A stretch of DNA of 64,000 nucleotides from an uncultured Acidimicrobiaceae bacterium (GTDB lineage: Bacteria > Actinomycetota > Acidimicrobiia > Spongiisociales > ZC4RG35), in the NCBI GenBank assembly GCA_964454615.1, contig CAYVTP010000001.1, positions 3,070 through 67,069 of the forward strand, written 5' to 3'. Shown here one piece after another: positions 1-9,505 of this stretch (position 1 is its first letter; each line of letters begins with the position of its first letter). Position numbers and translations under genes: made by a program. Under the pieces are notes generated by a model, which was given only the letters and a program-made list of their open reading frames with translations, was not told the DNA's origin and made no database searches.

Positions 1-100
1 TCGAACCGTTTCGTAGCGTCGACAGCGGTGATCACCGGCGGCAACATTAGGGGCGAGCGAGCAGCTACGGATTGGGCGCCCGGGGACATACACTCGCCGG

Positions 101-1480
101 GTGTCCATGAGGCCAACGCGCCAGCCGAGTCCTTGGGTCGCGGCCTTTCTCTCCGCACTGATACCCGGGCTGGGTCAGTTGTACGCCGGCGAGCGGGGCC
201 GTGGGCGCAGGCTCCTCCTCATCGACCTCGCACTCCTGGCCTTCCTGGTGGTGGCTTTCCTCTTCTTCCAGTCCGATGTCCTCAAGGCATGGGCCTCACT
301 CTCGTCACTGGCCCTGATCATGGTGGCCAACATCACCCTCCTCTCCTACAGGGCATGGGCGGCCTACGACGCTTATCACTCCATCGGCGGAGGGGGGGCC
401 GCCGGGATGGTGGGCCTTGCTTCGGGGCTGGTGGTGTTCGCCGTGGTGATGATCCCCCACCTCGCCCTCGGCTACCTCAACGTGGTCCAGTACTCGCTGA
501 TCTCGGACGTGTTTGCTCCCAGCCCGACGACAACCATCCCCACGGCCGCTCCCGGCACCACCGAGCCGGGGCAGACCACCACCACCACGCCCGGCCCCAC
601 CCTGTGGGACGGTCTGGAGCGTCTGAACATCGTTCTGCTGGGCAGTGACCGCTCCGGAAGCCGGACCGATTCGGTCACCCTGATCGACACGGTGATCCTG
701 GTCTCGATCGACCCTGACTCGGGAGATGCGGCGATGATCTCCCTGCCCCGGAACATGACCCAGTTCCCCTTGCCCCCCGGCCACGGCTACTGGGACTGCG
801 ACTGCTTCCCGCAGCTCCTCAACGACCTGTACCAGAGGGCGGTGGAGCGGCCCGACGCATTCCCCGGCTCCGGGGACCCCGGGGCCAGGGCGATGAAGGC
901 CGCGGTCGGACATCTGCTCGGCGTCGAAGTCCACTACTACGCCATGATCAACATGGACGGGTTCGTGGGGTTGGTCGACGCCTTCGGGGGGGTCGACATC
1001 AACGTACCCCGGCGGATCGTCGACGAGGAGTATCCCCACGAGGACGGCTCGGTGGTCCACATGGTGATCGAGGCCGGGCCACAGAGGCTCGACGGGCACC
1101 ACGCCCTGGCCTATGCCCGCATCCGCAGACATGCCGATGACTTCGCCCGGATGAACCGGCAACGGTGCATCCTCGGGGCGCTGGTCGAGCAGTCGAGCCC
1201 GCTGGAGATCGTGGCCCGCTACGGATCGATCGCCGAGGTGCTCCGGAACAGTCTGGTCACGGACATCCCACGGGATCAGCTGCGCGACTTCATCGACCTG
1301 CTTCCCAAGTTGGGCATGGAGCGCATCGGGGTGCTGCTGGTGGACACCGCCTACTCCCTGGGCCAGCACGAAGTGCGGGGGACGCTCTACGACCTGGATC
1401 GGATCCACTCGGAAGCCCAGGCGATCATCGCCGACCCGACCACGGGAGCGTCAGCCAACCTGGAGCAGGCCTGCGACTGA
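101..1480 (+). CDS. LytR-CpsA-Psr (LCP) family cell-envelope-associated protein
   Basis: N-terminal TM segment, Pro/Thr-rich linker, LCP core motifs (LGSDRSGSRTDSVTLI..., HALAYARIRRH...). Start could be the ATG at 101 or 107. Confidence 0.8.
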   Translation: MSMRPTRQPSPWVAAFLSALIPGLGQLYAGERGRGRRLLLIDLALLAFLVVAFLFFQSDVLKAWASLSSLALIMVANITLLSYRAWAAYDAYHSIGGGGAAGMVGLASGLVVFAVVMIPHLALGYLNVVQYSLISDVFAPSPTTTIPTAAPGTTEPGQTTTTTPGPTLWDGLERLNIVLLGSDRSGSRTDSVTLIDTVILVSIDPDSGDAAMISLPRNMTQFPLPPGHGYWDCDCFPQLLNDLYQRAVERPDAFPGSGDPGARAMKAAVGHLLGVEVHYYAMINMDGFVGLVDAFGGVDINVPRRIVDEEYPHEDGSVVHMVIEAGPQRLDGHHALAYARIRRHADDFARMNRQRCILGALVEQSSPLEIVARYGSIAEVLRNSLVTDIPRDQLRDFIDLLPKLGMERIGVLLVDTAYSLGQHEVRGTLYDLDRIHSEAQAIIADPTTGASANLEQACD

Positions 1481-1516
1481 CGGATCAGGTCACGACGAAG
1501 TGACTATAATGGTCAT

Positions 1517-1795
1517 ATGGATTCTGCCTCGGTGTCGGAGCTGAAGGCCCGACTCTCCCACTACCTGCGCAAGGTCCGGGCAGGGGGAGAGGTCCAGGTG
1601 CTCGATCGCGGCGTCCCGGTGGCGCGTTTGGTGGCCGTCGAGAGCGTCGGCCCCGAGGCGCGCCGGATTCTGGCTTCCTCAGGGTCGGTGAGGGCGGCCG
1701 AGCGTGTATCAGGCGGAGGCCTCCGGCTCGATCCGGTGAAGGCCGACGTCGACCTGCTCGCTGCGCTGCACGAGGAGCGGGAAGACCGGATTTGA
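1517..1795 (+). CDS. Phd/YefM-type antitoxin
   Basis: 92 aa; N-terminus SVSELKARLSHYLRKVRAGGEVQVLDRGVPVARLVAVE matches the Phd/YefM antitoxin signature. 4-bp overlap with the downstream PIN gene. Confidence 0.75.
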   Translation: MDSASVSELKARLSHYLRKVRAGGEVQVLDRGVPVARLVAVESVGPEARRILASSGSVRAAERVSGGGLRLDPVKADVDLLAALHEEREDRI

Positions 1796-2223
1796 AGTAC
1801 TGGGACGCCTCCGCCCTGGTCCCTCTCCTGGTCGAACAACCCGACACCGGCCACCTGCGACCGGTAGCTGAGCAGGATCCACAGTTGATCACCTGGGCGT
1901 GGTCCAAAGTCGAGATCGCCGGGGCTGTGGAACGGCTGACTCGAGCCGGTGCGATCGGACGGTCCGAACGCCGCCAGATACTGGCGAGGCTCGAAGATCT
2001 CTCCCGGCGCTGGGACGAAGTGACCGATCTCACAGCCGTCAGGAAGAGGGCACTTTCGCTCCTGGCCCGGCATCCACTCAGGGCTGCCGACGCCGCACAA
2101 CTCGGTGCCGCTCTCCTCGTCTCGGACCTGGGACTTCCTCACCTCGAGTTCGTCTGCCTCGATCAGAGGCTGTCACTGGCAGCCGAGCGGGAGGGTCTCA
2201 TCGTGCACCCTTCCCCGGGATGA
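1792..2223 (+). CDS. vapC: VapC-family PIN-domain toxin
   Basis: 143 aa; conserved acidic residues (D6 in WDASAL, D in RAADAAQLG) typical of a PIN nuclease. Translationally coupled to the upstream antitoxin. Confidence 0.75.
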   Translation: MKYWDASALVPLLVEQPDTGHLRPVAEQDPQLITWAWSKVEIAGAVERLTRAGAIGRSERRQILARLEDLSRRWDEVTDLTAVRKRALSLLARHPLRAADAAQLGAALLVSDLGLPHLEFVCLDQRLSLAAEREGLIVHPSPG

Positions 2224-2226
2224 CCC

Positions 2227-3549
2227 TCAGAGCTGGCCGGAGTCGGCCTGGTTCATCGTCTGCTCCATGTATCCGGGACGCTGATACCGGTCGAGGAGGA
2301 AGTCGGGCCCGTACCAGGGGACCTCGCCACCTGTGATGTGGGCCGCGGCCAGGTCCCCGGCGCCCGCAGCCACCATCACCCCGAACCCCGACATGCCGGT
2401 CACCAGGTGCAGCCCCTCGGGCCCCGCCGGGCCGATCAGCGGCCGGTTCTCCGGGGTCTTGGTGTAATACCCGCCGTCGACTGTGGCCTCCGGCATGCGG
2501 TCGTGGTAGACCGACAGTCCGGGGACCATGGTGGTCAGGCCCCGCATCACGACCTCCGGATACAGGGCGTCATCGGGGATGGGCCAGACCGGCTCGACCA
2601 CCTGGCCGTGGTACTCCCACAGGGCGAGGAAGTAGGGGGACTTCCCGTGTCCTTCCGGCCTCCCGTGACAGAAGACCGGCATCTCGCCGAGGAGGTCGTG
2701 GCGTCCGAGTGCCTCCAACCCCTGGCGTTCCTCGGGTGACCAGTCGATCCTCTGGGTGTCGGACCAGATGATCATGGGAGCCTCCCTGGGGATCACCGCC
2801 AGGTGGTCCCGGAAGGCCACCTTCAGGTGCAGCTCGGAGAACAGGGGCAGATCCAACCCAGCCATGGCCGCCACCGGTTTGCTCAGCGGGCCGGCGGCCA
2901 CCACCACCTCCCCGGCCTCGATCTCCTCCCCGTTTCGCAGGCGCACCCCGGTCACCCCTTCGTCGCCTGCCGAGATTCCCGTCACCTCCGCCGGGATCAG
3001 CTCGGCCCCCACCGCCTTCGCCTGCTCCAGCATCCATGAGCCCAGCTGTTGGGCGCTGAACCAACCGGCCCTCCTCACATGGGCCGCCCCCACTGCCGAC
3101 GAGGTGATGTAGGGGAAGTGCTCGGCGAGCTCGGCTGGCGACAGGAGGTCGATGCCGTCGGAGGCCATGCCGTAGGGGACCGGCCCGGGGTGGGATCGGG
3201 CCTCCCCGGCGCCGTAGGAGGAAATGACCTGGGCTTGCGCCGTCATCGCATCCATGCGACCCCGGCTGGCGGTGACGAACAGATACCCGCGGTTGCTCAA
3301 GCCGAAGAAGTTGCCCGACTCCCCGGCGAGCGCCTCGAGCAGGTCGATCGAGCGGTTCATCAGCCCCACCATCGGAGAATTCGGCCACCAGTTCCGGTAG
3401 CACTCCGTCGACTTGTCCGAGGTGAGGGTCAATGGCGGCCTTGGATCGACGATGGCGATCCGGGACATGCCCCGCCGGGCTAGGTGGAAAGCGGTCGAGA
3501 CACCGGCGATGCCAGCCCCGATGACCACCGCGTCGGCGCGGCGCGTCAA
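2227..3549 (-). CDS. FAD-dependent oxidoreductase (DAO family)
   Basis: N-terminal Rossmann dinucleotide motif VVIGAGIAGVSTAFHLARRG; 440 aa. Confidence 0.8.
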   Translation of the reverse strand: MTRRADAVVIGAGIAGVSTAFHLARRGMSRIAIVDPRPPLTLTSDKSTECYRNWWPNSPMVGLMNRSIDLLEALAGESGNFFGLSNRGYLFVTASRGRMDAMTAQAQVISSYGAGEARSHPGPVPYGMASDGIDLLSPAELAEHFPYITSSAVGAAHVRRAGWFSAQQLGSWMLEQAKAVGAELIPAEVTGISAGDEGVTGVRLRNGEEIEAGEVVVAAGPLSKPVAAMAGLDLPLFSELHLKVAFRDHLAVIPREAPMIIWSDTQRIDWSPEERQGLEALGRHDLLGEMPVFCHGRPEGHGKSPYFLALWEYHGQVVEPVWPIPDDALYPEVVMRGLTTMVPGLSVYHDRMPEATVDGGYYTKTPENRPLIGPAGPEGLHLVTGMSGFGVMVAAGAGDLAAAHITGGEVPWYGPDFLLDRYQRPGYMEQTMNQADSGQL

Positions 3550-3552
3550 GGG

Positions 3553-5508
3553 TCAGGCCCCCAGGTGTTCCCGGATCCGGCTGGCGATCGCCTCCGGCGT
3601 GAAGCCGAGCTTCTCGGCGATCACGTGGTCCGGAGCCGACGCCCCGTAGTGGTCGATCCCGATCTTCAGGCCTTTTCCCACTATCCGCTCCCAGCCGAAA
3701 GTGGCGGCGGCTTCGATCGACACCAAAGGCGCCTCCCCGAGCACCTCTCTTCGATAGTCCTCGGGCTGTTCGAAGAACAGCTCCCAACAGGGAAGGGAGA
3801 CCACCCGCGCCTCGATGCCCGACTCGAAGAGGAGGTCCGCCGCGTCGAGAGCCAGCGCCACTTCCGAGCCGGTGGCGACCAGGGTGACATCCTGCCCATC
3901 CCTGACCACATAGCCGCCGCGAGCGACACCGCCGTCCACGGCCTCGAGGGTGCGCACCTTCTGGCGAGTCAGTACCAGGCCAACCGGTCCTTCGGTCCGA
4001 TTGAGGGCCACCTCCCATGCCTGCACCACTTCGTTGGCGTCGGCCGGTCGAATCGTCCACATCCCCGGCATCGCCCTCAACGACGCCAGGTGCTCGATCG
4101 GTTGGTGGGTGGGACCGTCCTCACCGAGAAACACCGAGTCGTGGGTCCACACCCATATCGAGGGCGCCTCCATGAGGGCGGCCAGCCGAACCGCCGGTCG
4201 CATGTAATCGCTGAAGAGGAAGAAGGTGGCCCCGTAAGGGCGCAACCCTCCGTGGATCGCCATGCCGTTGACCACCGTCCCCATCGCATGCTCACGGACG
4301 CCGAAGGGGATGTCGCGGGCCGCCCTGTCCTCCTTCGAGAACAGACGCCCGTCTTCTATGACCGTGGAGGTCGATCCGGCCAGGTCCGCCGCACCGCCGA
4401 TCAGCCCTGGCACCTTCTCGGCGAGCTCGGCGAAGAGCTTGCCCCCCGACGAGCGTGTGGCGATGTCCTCTCCCACTTCGAACCCGGGGCCCGACAGGCT
4501 GACCGGCTCGGGGTTGTGGAGGCGGTCCCACAGCTGGCGGACGTCGCCGTCGGCGGCGTCGAGTCGGCGACGCCACTCCATGTTGGCCGACCGGCCACGC
4601 TCCATTGCCTCGTCGAAGAACTCGCGCACCCCCTCGGGGACGTAGAACTCCTCATCGACGGGAAAGCCCATCCCTTCCTTGACCAGGGCTACCTCCTCCT
4701 CACCCAATGGCTTGCCATGGGCATCGGCGGTGTCCTGGAGGTTGGGGGAGCCGTGGGCGATGTGAGTCCGACAGATGATGAGTGTCGGCTGGTCTTCCTG
4801 GGCCAGAGCCTCTTCGATGGCCCGGTCGATCTCCTCTCTGTCGTGGCCGTCGACCTCGGAGGTGTGCCAGCCCATGGCGCCGAACCGTCGGGAAACATCC
4901 TCCGAGAAGGTGATGTCGGTGGAACCGTCGATGGTTATCCGGTTGGAGTCGTAGAGGTAGATCAGCCGTCCCAGGCCGAAATGGCCGGCCAGTGATGCGG
5001 CCTCGGAGCTGACGCCCTCCATCAGGTCCCCGTCCGAGACGAAGGCGTATGTCCGATGGTCGACCAACTCCTGGCCGAGGCGCGCCCTCAGGTGGGCTTC
5101 GGCGAGGGCCATCCCCACCGCCGTGCCGAACCCCTGGCCGAGGGGGCCGGTCGTCATCTCCACTCCGAGATCCTGGTGGATCTCCGGGTGGCCGTCGGTG
5201 TGGGACTCCCACTGCCGGAAGTTGCGTATGTCCTCGAGGGTGGTGCCGAAACCAGCGAGGTGGAGCAACGAGTAGAGGAGCATCGAGCCGTGGCCGTTGG
5301 ATAGGACGAACCGGTCGCGGTCCGGCCAGGTCGGATCCGTCGGGTCGACCTTCAAGTGACGTGTCCACAGGGTCACCGCAATATCGGCCATTCCCATGGG
5401 CATGCCAGGGTGTCCGGCGTTGGCCCTCTGGACCGCGTCCATGGACAGGCCTTTGATGGTGTTGACGGCTAGTTGCTCCAGGGCGGCGCGTTCTGTCCTG
5501 GCTGTCAT
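3553..5508 (-). CDS. tkt: transketolase
   Basis: Full-length similarity to Tkt (LEQLAVNTIKGLSMDAVQRANAGHPGMPMGMADIA..., TPP-binding and pyrimidine-binding regions). Start chosen at MTARTER (cat at 5506-5508); the upstream 5509..5730 extension is Pro/Arg-rich and unlikely to be coding. Confidence 0.9.
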   Translation of the reverse strand: MTARTERAALEQLAVNTIKGLSMDAVQRANAGHPGMPMGMADIAVTLWTRHLKVDPTDPTWPDRDRFVLSNGHGSMLLYSLLHLAGFGTTLEDIRNFRQWESHTDGHPEIHQDLGVEMTTGPLGQGFGTAVGMALAEAHLRARLGQELVDHRTYAFVSDGDLMEGVSSEAASLAGHFGLGRLIYLYDSNRITIDGSTDITFSEDVSRRFGAMGWHTSEVDGHDREEIDRAIEEALAQEDQPTLIICRTHIAHGSPNLQDTADAHGKPLGEEEVALVKEGMGFPVDEEFYVPEGVREFFDEAMERGRSANMEWRRRLDAADGDVRQLWDRLHNPEPVSLSGPGFEVGEDIATRSSGGKLFAELAEKVPGLIGGAADLAGSTSTVIEDGRLFSKEDRAARDIPFGVREHAMGTVVNGMAIHGGLRPYGATFFLFSDYMRPAVRLAALMEAPSIWVWTHDSVFLGEDGPTHQPIEHLASLRAMPGMWTIRPADANEVVQAWEVALNRTEGPVGLVLTRQKVRTLEAVDGGVARGGYVVRDGQDVTLVATGSEVALALDAADLLFESGIEARVVSLPCWELFFEQPEDYRREVLGEAPLVSIEAAATFGWERIVGKGLKIGIDHYGASAPDHVIAEKLGFTPEAIASRIREHLGA

Positions 5509-5527
5509 CGGGGGCGAGGGTAACCGC

Positions 5528-6280
5528 TCAGGCCGGGCGGCAAAGGAGACACGCCCGATAGCCGGCTTCCTCTGCCTCTCCGGGGGAGTGGAAGTCGACC
5601 ACATTGGAGCTCGATGAGCGTCTGATGGCCCGGCAGGTAGGGTGGCAGAACACCCTGGTGCTGGTGTTGCCCTGCACTCTGACCCCGGACCCGGCGAGTC
5701 GGGCCAATCTTTCCGGCTCGGCCCCCTCATGGTCGAGGAGTTTGGTCTTCACCTGGGGCCCTCCCATCGAGTACTCGCCGATCGTCCCGTCCGACCGCAC
5801 CACCCGGTGACAGGGGATCATCAGAGGGATCGGGTTGCGGGCCAGGGCGGTCCCCACTGCCCGGACCGCTCCCGGTTTGCCAAGCTCGCCGGCCACCCAT
5901 CCGTAAGGTCGGACTTCGCCCCTGGGTATCGACCATGTGGCTTGCAGCACCTCCCTGTGGAAGAGTGAGAGCCGCCTCAGATCGACCGGGACCTTGCCCG
6001 GTCTGCCTGCCTCGATCGCCTCGGGGATGTGGCGGCCCCAGGCGCGTGGTGCCTCCGCCCTGATCAGCGGTAGCCCGGTCTTTTCGCCGATGGCGGGTAG
6101 CTCGGTCCCCGCCGGCGAGAGGGAGATCACACCTTCGGTCCCGAAGGTGACGATGACGTCTCCTATCGGTGACGGGTACAGGTCGAACCCCTCCGCCAGC
6201 CCGGTGCCCAATGCCACACCCTCGGCCAGCCCGGGCGGTGCCGATGTCTCCAATGCGGCCAGCGCGGTCTCGATGCTCAT
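5528..6280 (-). CDS. ogt: methylated-DNA-protein-cysteine methyltransferase fused to a C-terminal Ada-type Zn-binding (methylphosphotriester repair) domain
   Basis: MGMT active site IPCHRVV. The C-terminus VFCHPTCRAIRR...GYRACLLCRP matches the Ada N-domain pattern FCRPSCRAR...GFRPCKRCQP. 4-bp overlap with the upstream ECF sigma gene. Confidence 0.8.
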   Translation of the reverse strand: MSIETALAALETSAPPGLAEGVALGTGLAEGFDLYPSPIGDVIVTFGTEGVISLSPAGTELPAIGEKTGLPLIRAEAPRAWGRHIPEAIEAGRPGKVPVDLRRLSLFHREVLQATWSIPRGEVRPYGWVAGELGKPGAVRAVGTALARNPIPLMIPCHRVVRSDGTIGEYSMGGPQVKTKLLDHEGAEPERLARLAGSGVRVQGNTSTRVFCHPTCRAIRRSSSSNVVDFHSPGEAEEAGYRACLLCRPA

Positions 6281-6807
6281 TGCTCTTCCTCCATGATGGC
6301 TCTGAGTCGGTCCAGTGCCCTGTGGATGTCCGCCTTGACGGTCCCCTCGGGCCTACCGGTGACTTCGGATATCTCTGCGATGGAGAGTCCCGCCACGTGC
6401 CGGAGCACCACTGCGGTGCGTTGTGCCCGGGGCAGGGCCCCGAGCCTCCGGTCCCAGGCGGCATGGTCGGCGGGCTCCTGATCGGACACCGCCCGATCGA
6501 GCTCGACCGCCGGGATCGGGCGCCTTGCCCGGTCCCGTAGGTGGTTTCGCCCCAGGTTGAGGGCGATGGTCCACATCCACGCCTCGAGCCGCAGGCTCTC
6601 GACGCGAGTCCGGTCGTACCCGCTCAAGGCGCGGTATGCCCTGATCATGGCCTCCTGGGCCAGATCCTCCGCCTCCTGGTGGTCGCCCGTCAGCCGGCGC
6701 AGACCGGAGTACAGCCTGCCTGCCATGGCCCCTACCAGTTCGGGGAAGGCGCCGTCGAGATCGCTGGCCAGCCGCCCATTGAGATCGTCCATCAGCATGT
6801 AGAACAC
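6277..6807 (-). CDS. ECF-family RNA polymerase sigma-70 factor
   Basis: Region 2 (DLAQEAMIRAYRAL) and region 4 HTH (GLSIAEISEVTGRPEGTVKADIHRAL). Confidence 0.8.
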   Translation of the reverse strand: MFYMLMDDLNGRLASDLDGAFPELVGAMAGRLYSGLRRLTGDHQEAEDLAQEAMIRAYRALSGYDRTRVESLRLEAWMWTIALNLGRNHLRDRARRPIPAVELDRAVSDQEPADHAAWDRRLGALPRAQRTAVVLRHVAGLSIAEISEVTGRPEGTVKADIHRALDRLRAIMEEEQ

Positions 6808-6857
6808 GAGATAGGGGCGTCCGGTTGCATGGAGAGCAAGGTACCTAGTCTGGTGTC

Positions 6858-7535
6858 GTGGAGATGCACGAGATCGAGGCTGCGCTCACCAGGGCGGAAG
6901 AGAGTGTGGCTGCCGGCAGGGGTCTCGCCGGCACCGGATTCTGGAAGGCGGTCGGCGCACTCAAGAAGGACCCCGGGATGGTGGACCGTTACGCCCTGAG
7001 GGTCGCCGCCATCGACGAAGCCGCCTTTCGGTCCTGGGCGCTCCTGATCATCCCGATCGGCCTGGGCACCTTCCTGGCCGTGGTCGCCACCCTGGTCGGT
7101 CTGGGGTTGGTGGCCGCCGCCTACTGGCTGGAGGGGTGGTGGGCCATCGTGGCGTTCTTCGCCGGGGTGGGAGCACTCCTCGGGTCGACCCATGGCCTCG
7201 GCCACCTCGCGGTGGGGAGGGCGATGGGGATCCGCTTCACCGCCTGGTTCGTCTCTGAGGTCAAAAAGCCCCAGCCCGGCGTCAAACTGGACTACGCCAC
7301 CTACCTGCGAACGCCGCCGAGAGCCAGAGCCTGGATGCATGCCTCGGGGGCGATCGTCACCAAGGTGATCCCCTTCGCAATGATCGGGGCTGCCGTCGCA
7401 GCGGGGCTTCCCGGCTGGACGGTCTGGGCACTGGTGGCGCTGGGTGTCGTATTGGCCCTCTCGGACATCTTGTGGGCCGATACCTCCGACTGGGCCAAGG
7501 TCAAGAGGGAGATGTCGTTCGCTCAGAGCGAGTGA
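6858..7535 (+). CDS. hypothetical polytopic membrane protein
   Basis: 225 aa with 4-5 predicted TM helices; no recognisable family. Confidence 0.5.
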   Translation: MEMHEIEAALTRAEESVAAGRGLAGTGFWKAVGALKKDPGMVDRYALRVAAIDEAAFRSWALLIIPIGLGTFLAVVATLVGLGLVAAAYWLEGWWAIVAFFAGVGALLGSTHGLGHLAVGRAMGIRFTAWFVSEVKKPQPGVKLDYATYLRTPPRARAWMHASGAIVTKVIPFAMIGAAVAAGLPGWTVWALVALGVVLALSDILWADTSDWAKVKREMSFAQSE

Positions 7536-9172
7536 TCCGGCAGGCTGATCGACCCGTCGGTTCGGTGCATCTCCTCGTGCTCGGCGACCATCCGCTCGAA
7601 CACGTCGTTGTCGGCCACGTCTATGGCGATGATGTGGCGGTTCACCGGGCCGTCGGCCCGGTCGAAGGATCGTGCCCTGGCGATCAGAGCCGCAGCGGCG
7701 TCGTCGATGCGGGTGTGCTGGGCCAGGTGCTCCTCCCAGCTGTGGATCTCGAACAGCTCGGTGATCCTGTTCGGGTCCGAGATGTTCCTCATCAGCCGCC
7801 AGCGGTATGCCCCGGTACTCAATCGGACCAGCCGGAGGCTGTTCATCACCTTGGCGAACTCGATGAACTCGTCGGGCTCGATCACCCAGGTGTTGAGGAC
7901 TATCACGGGTCCTCCCTCCACTGCCGACTCCGTGTGGGGCTGTCCCGGCTCGCCGGTGAAACCCGGTGACTCGATGTCGTCGATCCGCGGTATCTGGAAC
8001 CTGGGGGCGAACAGACCGAGGACTATCGAGCCCGACGAGAAGATGATGAAGGTGGCCGCGGTGTCGATCTGGTCGGCAACCACTCCGGCAATGATCGAGC
8101 CGAGGGGAATGGTCCCCGCCCAGGCCAGCATGTAGAGAGACATCGCCCTACCCCGGATCCACTCCGGTGCCATCAGCTGTGCGGTGGCGTTCAGCGTCGA
8201 CATGGTGAGCAGCCAGAAGATGCCGCCGATGAACATGCCGATGCCCGCAACCCAGACGTTCGGGGCGAGACCGATCACGATGCCCACCACCCCGAACAGT
8301 GCCATGGTGGAGGGGACGGTGTTCCGGGTCGCCGACCTGAACAGCCGGGGCCTGATCACCGCCCCTGCCAGTGCCCCCGCACCCATCGCCCCCAGCATGA
8401 CGCCGAAGGCGCCGGCCTCCCCACCGAGACGCACGGTGTGCACCGGCAGGATCGCCTGGACGACGGCCGAGGTCATGGCGAACAGCGCAACCAGGGCAAG
8501 GAGGTTCCGAAAGGCCGGTGTGAAACGGGCGAACCGGATACCGGTCGATGCCGCCGACATGAGAGAGGTGTCCAGCCTGGCCCGTATCTTGAGATTGGGA
8601 GCGATGTAGAAGAGGACGGCGATCACCGACAGGTAGGAGACGGCGTTGATCCCGAAGCCGATGGCAGCCCCATAGGCCGCCACCAGGGCCCCGCCCAGCG
8701 CCGGGCCGATGGCCCGGGCCGTGTTGAAGGCGGCTGCCTGGAGGGCCACCGCCGACGCCAGGTGGTCCCGGGGGACCAGCTCGGGGAGGAGCGACTGCCA
8801 GGCCGGGAGGTTGAGAGAGGCACCGGTCCCCAGGACAAATCCGAGGGTCACCAGGAGCCACGGGGTCATCAGCCCGAGCTGGGACAGCAGGGCCATGGCC
8901 AGGGCGGACGAGGCCATGATCGCCTGTGCCACCCTCATCAGGTTGGCCCGGTTGAACATGTCGGCCAGCACGCCCGAAATGATCGAGAAGAAGAGCAGCG
9001 GCAGGAAGGCGGAGGCCACCATGAGTCCAACCCAGGTGCTCGACCCGGTGAGCTCGTACATCAGCCACGAGCCGGCCACCTGCTGGATGAACCCGCCCGT
9101 GGCCGAGAAGATGGTGGCGGCCCACAACGAGCGGAAGTGGGGGAACCGGAGTGGTGCTACGGCCGAGGTCAT
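7523..9172 (-). CDS. MFS transporter with a C-terminal ABM (antibiotic biosynthesis monooxygenase)-like domain
   Basis: 12-TM MFS core (EntS-like). ~120-aa C-terminal ferredoxin-like domain (PNRITELFEIHSWEEHLAQH). Confidence 0.75.
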   Translation of the reverse strand: MTSAVAPLRFPHFRSLWAATIFSATGGFIQQVAGSWLMYELTGSSTWVGLMVASAFLPLLFFSIISGVLADMFNRANLMRVAQAIMASSALAMALLSQLGLMTPWLLVTLGFVLGTGASLNLPAWQSLLPELVPRDHLASAVALQAAAFNTARAIGPALGGALVAAYGAAIGFGINAVSYLSVIAVLFYIAPNLKIRARLDTSLMSAASTGIRFARFTPAFRNLLALVALFAMTSAVVQAILPVHTVRLGGEAGAFGVMLGAMGAGALAGAVIRPRLFRSATRNTVPSTMALFGVVGIVIGLAPNVWVAGIGMFIGGIFWLLTMSTLNATAQLMAPEWIRGRAMSLYMLAWAGTIPLGSIIAGVVADQIDTAATFIIFSSGSIVLGLFAPRFQIPRIDDIESPGFTGEPGQPHTESAVEGGPVIVLNTWVIEPDEFIEFAKVMNSLRLVRLSTGAYRWRLMRNISDPNRITELFEIHSWEEHLAQHTRIDDAAAALIARARSFDRADGPVNRHIIAIDVADNDVFERMVAEHEEMHRTDGSISLPDHSL

Positions 9173-9178
9173 CAGGGC

Positions 9179-9466
9179 CTACTCCCGGGCGGCAAGGACG
9201 CTCTTGCGCTCGGTCGTGAATGCCCACCAGGGTTGTTGGGGGCCGCCCTCCATGTATCTGACGGCGGCGATGAAGACATCGAGGAGGCACGGGTCGTGGC
9301 GCGAGCCGGTGCGTAGGTTGATCTCGTCGTACATCTCGAAGGGGTCGCGACCTACCAGATCTCGAGGTCGACTGAACCCGAGGTACCTGAGGTTGGCGGC
9401 GATGGAGGGGCCGACGTTGGGAATGTCCTCCAACCGCTCGACCGTGCGGGAAGGGGCGGCAGGCAT
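9179..9466 (-). CDS. helix-hairpin-helix domain protein
   Basis: 95 aa; LEDIPNVGPSIAANLRYLGF is an HhH motif. Confidence 0.55.
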   Translation of the reverse strand: MPAAPSRTVERLEDIPNVGPSIAANLRYLGFSRPRDLVGRDPFEMYDEINLRTGSRHDPCLLDVFIAAVRYMEGGPQQPWWAFTTERKSVLAARE

Positions 9467-9505
9467 GAGGTTCGCAGCATAGATGGCGCGGACAGGACCG
9501 AGCCC

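Noticed and set aside
305-1408. 367-aa minus-strand ORF overlapping the LCP gene
   Set aside because: Antisense to a well-supported gene; Arg/Gly/Pro/His-rich composition typical of GC-rich wrong-frame ORFs. The same reasoning applies to 2570..4060(-), 3484..4995(+), 8148..9653(-), 8438..9316(+), 9688..10749(-), 10101..11327(+), 12784..14112(+), 26117..27100(+), 27651..29552(+), 36293..37558(+), 36822..38165(-), 42261..43472(-) and 61229..62071(-).
5509-5730. N-terminal 74-aa extension of the transketolase ORF
   Set aside because: Pro/Ala/Arg-rich, no homology to Tkt N-termini. The internal Met at MTARTERAALEQL aligns with canonical Tkt starts.
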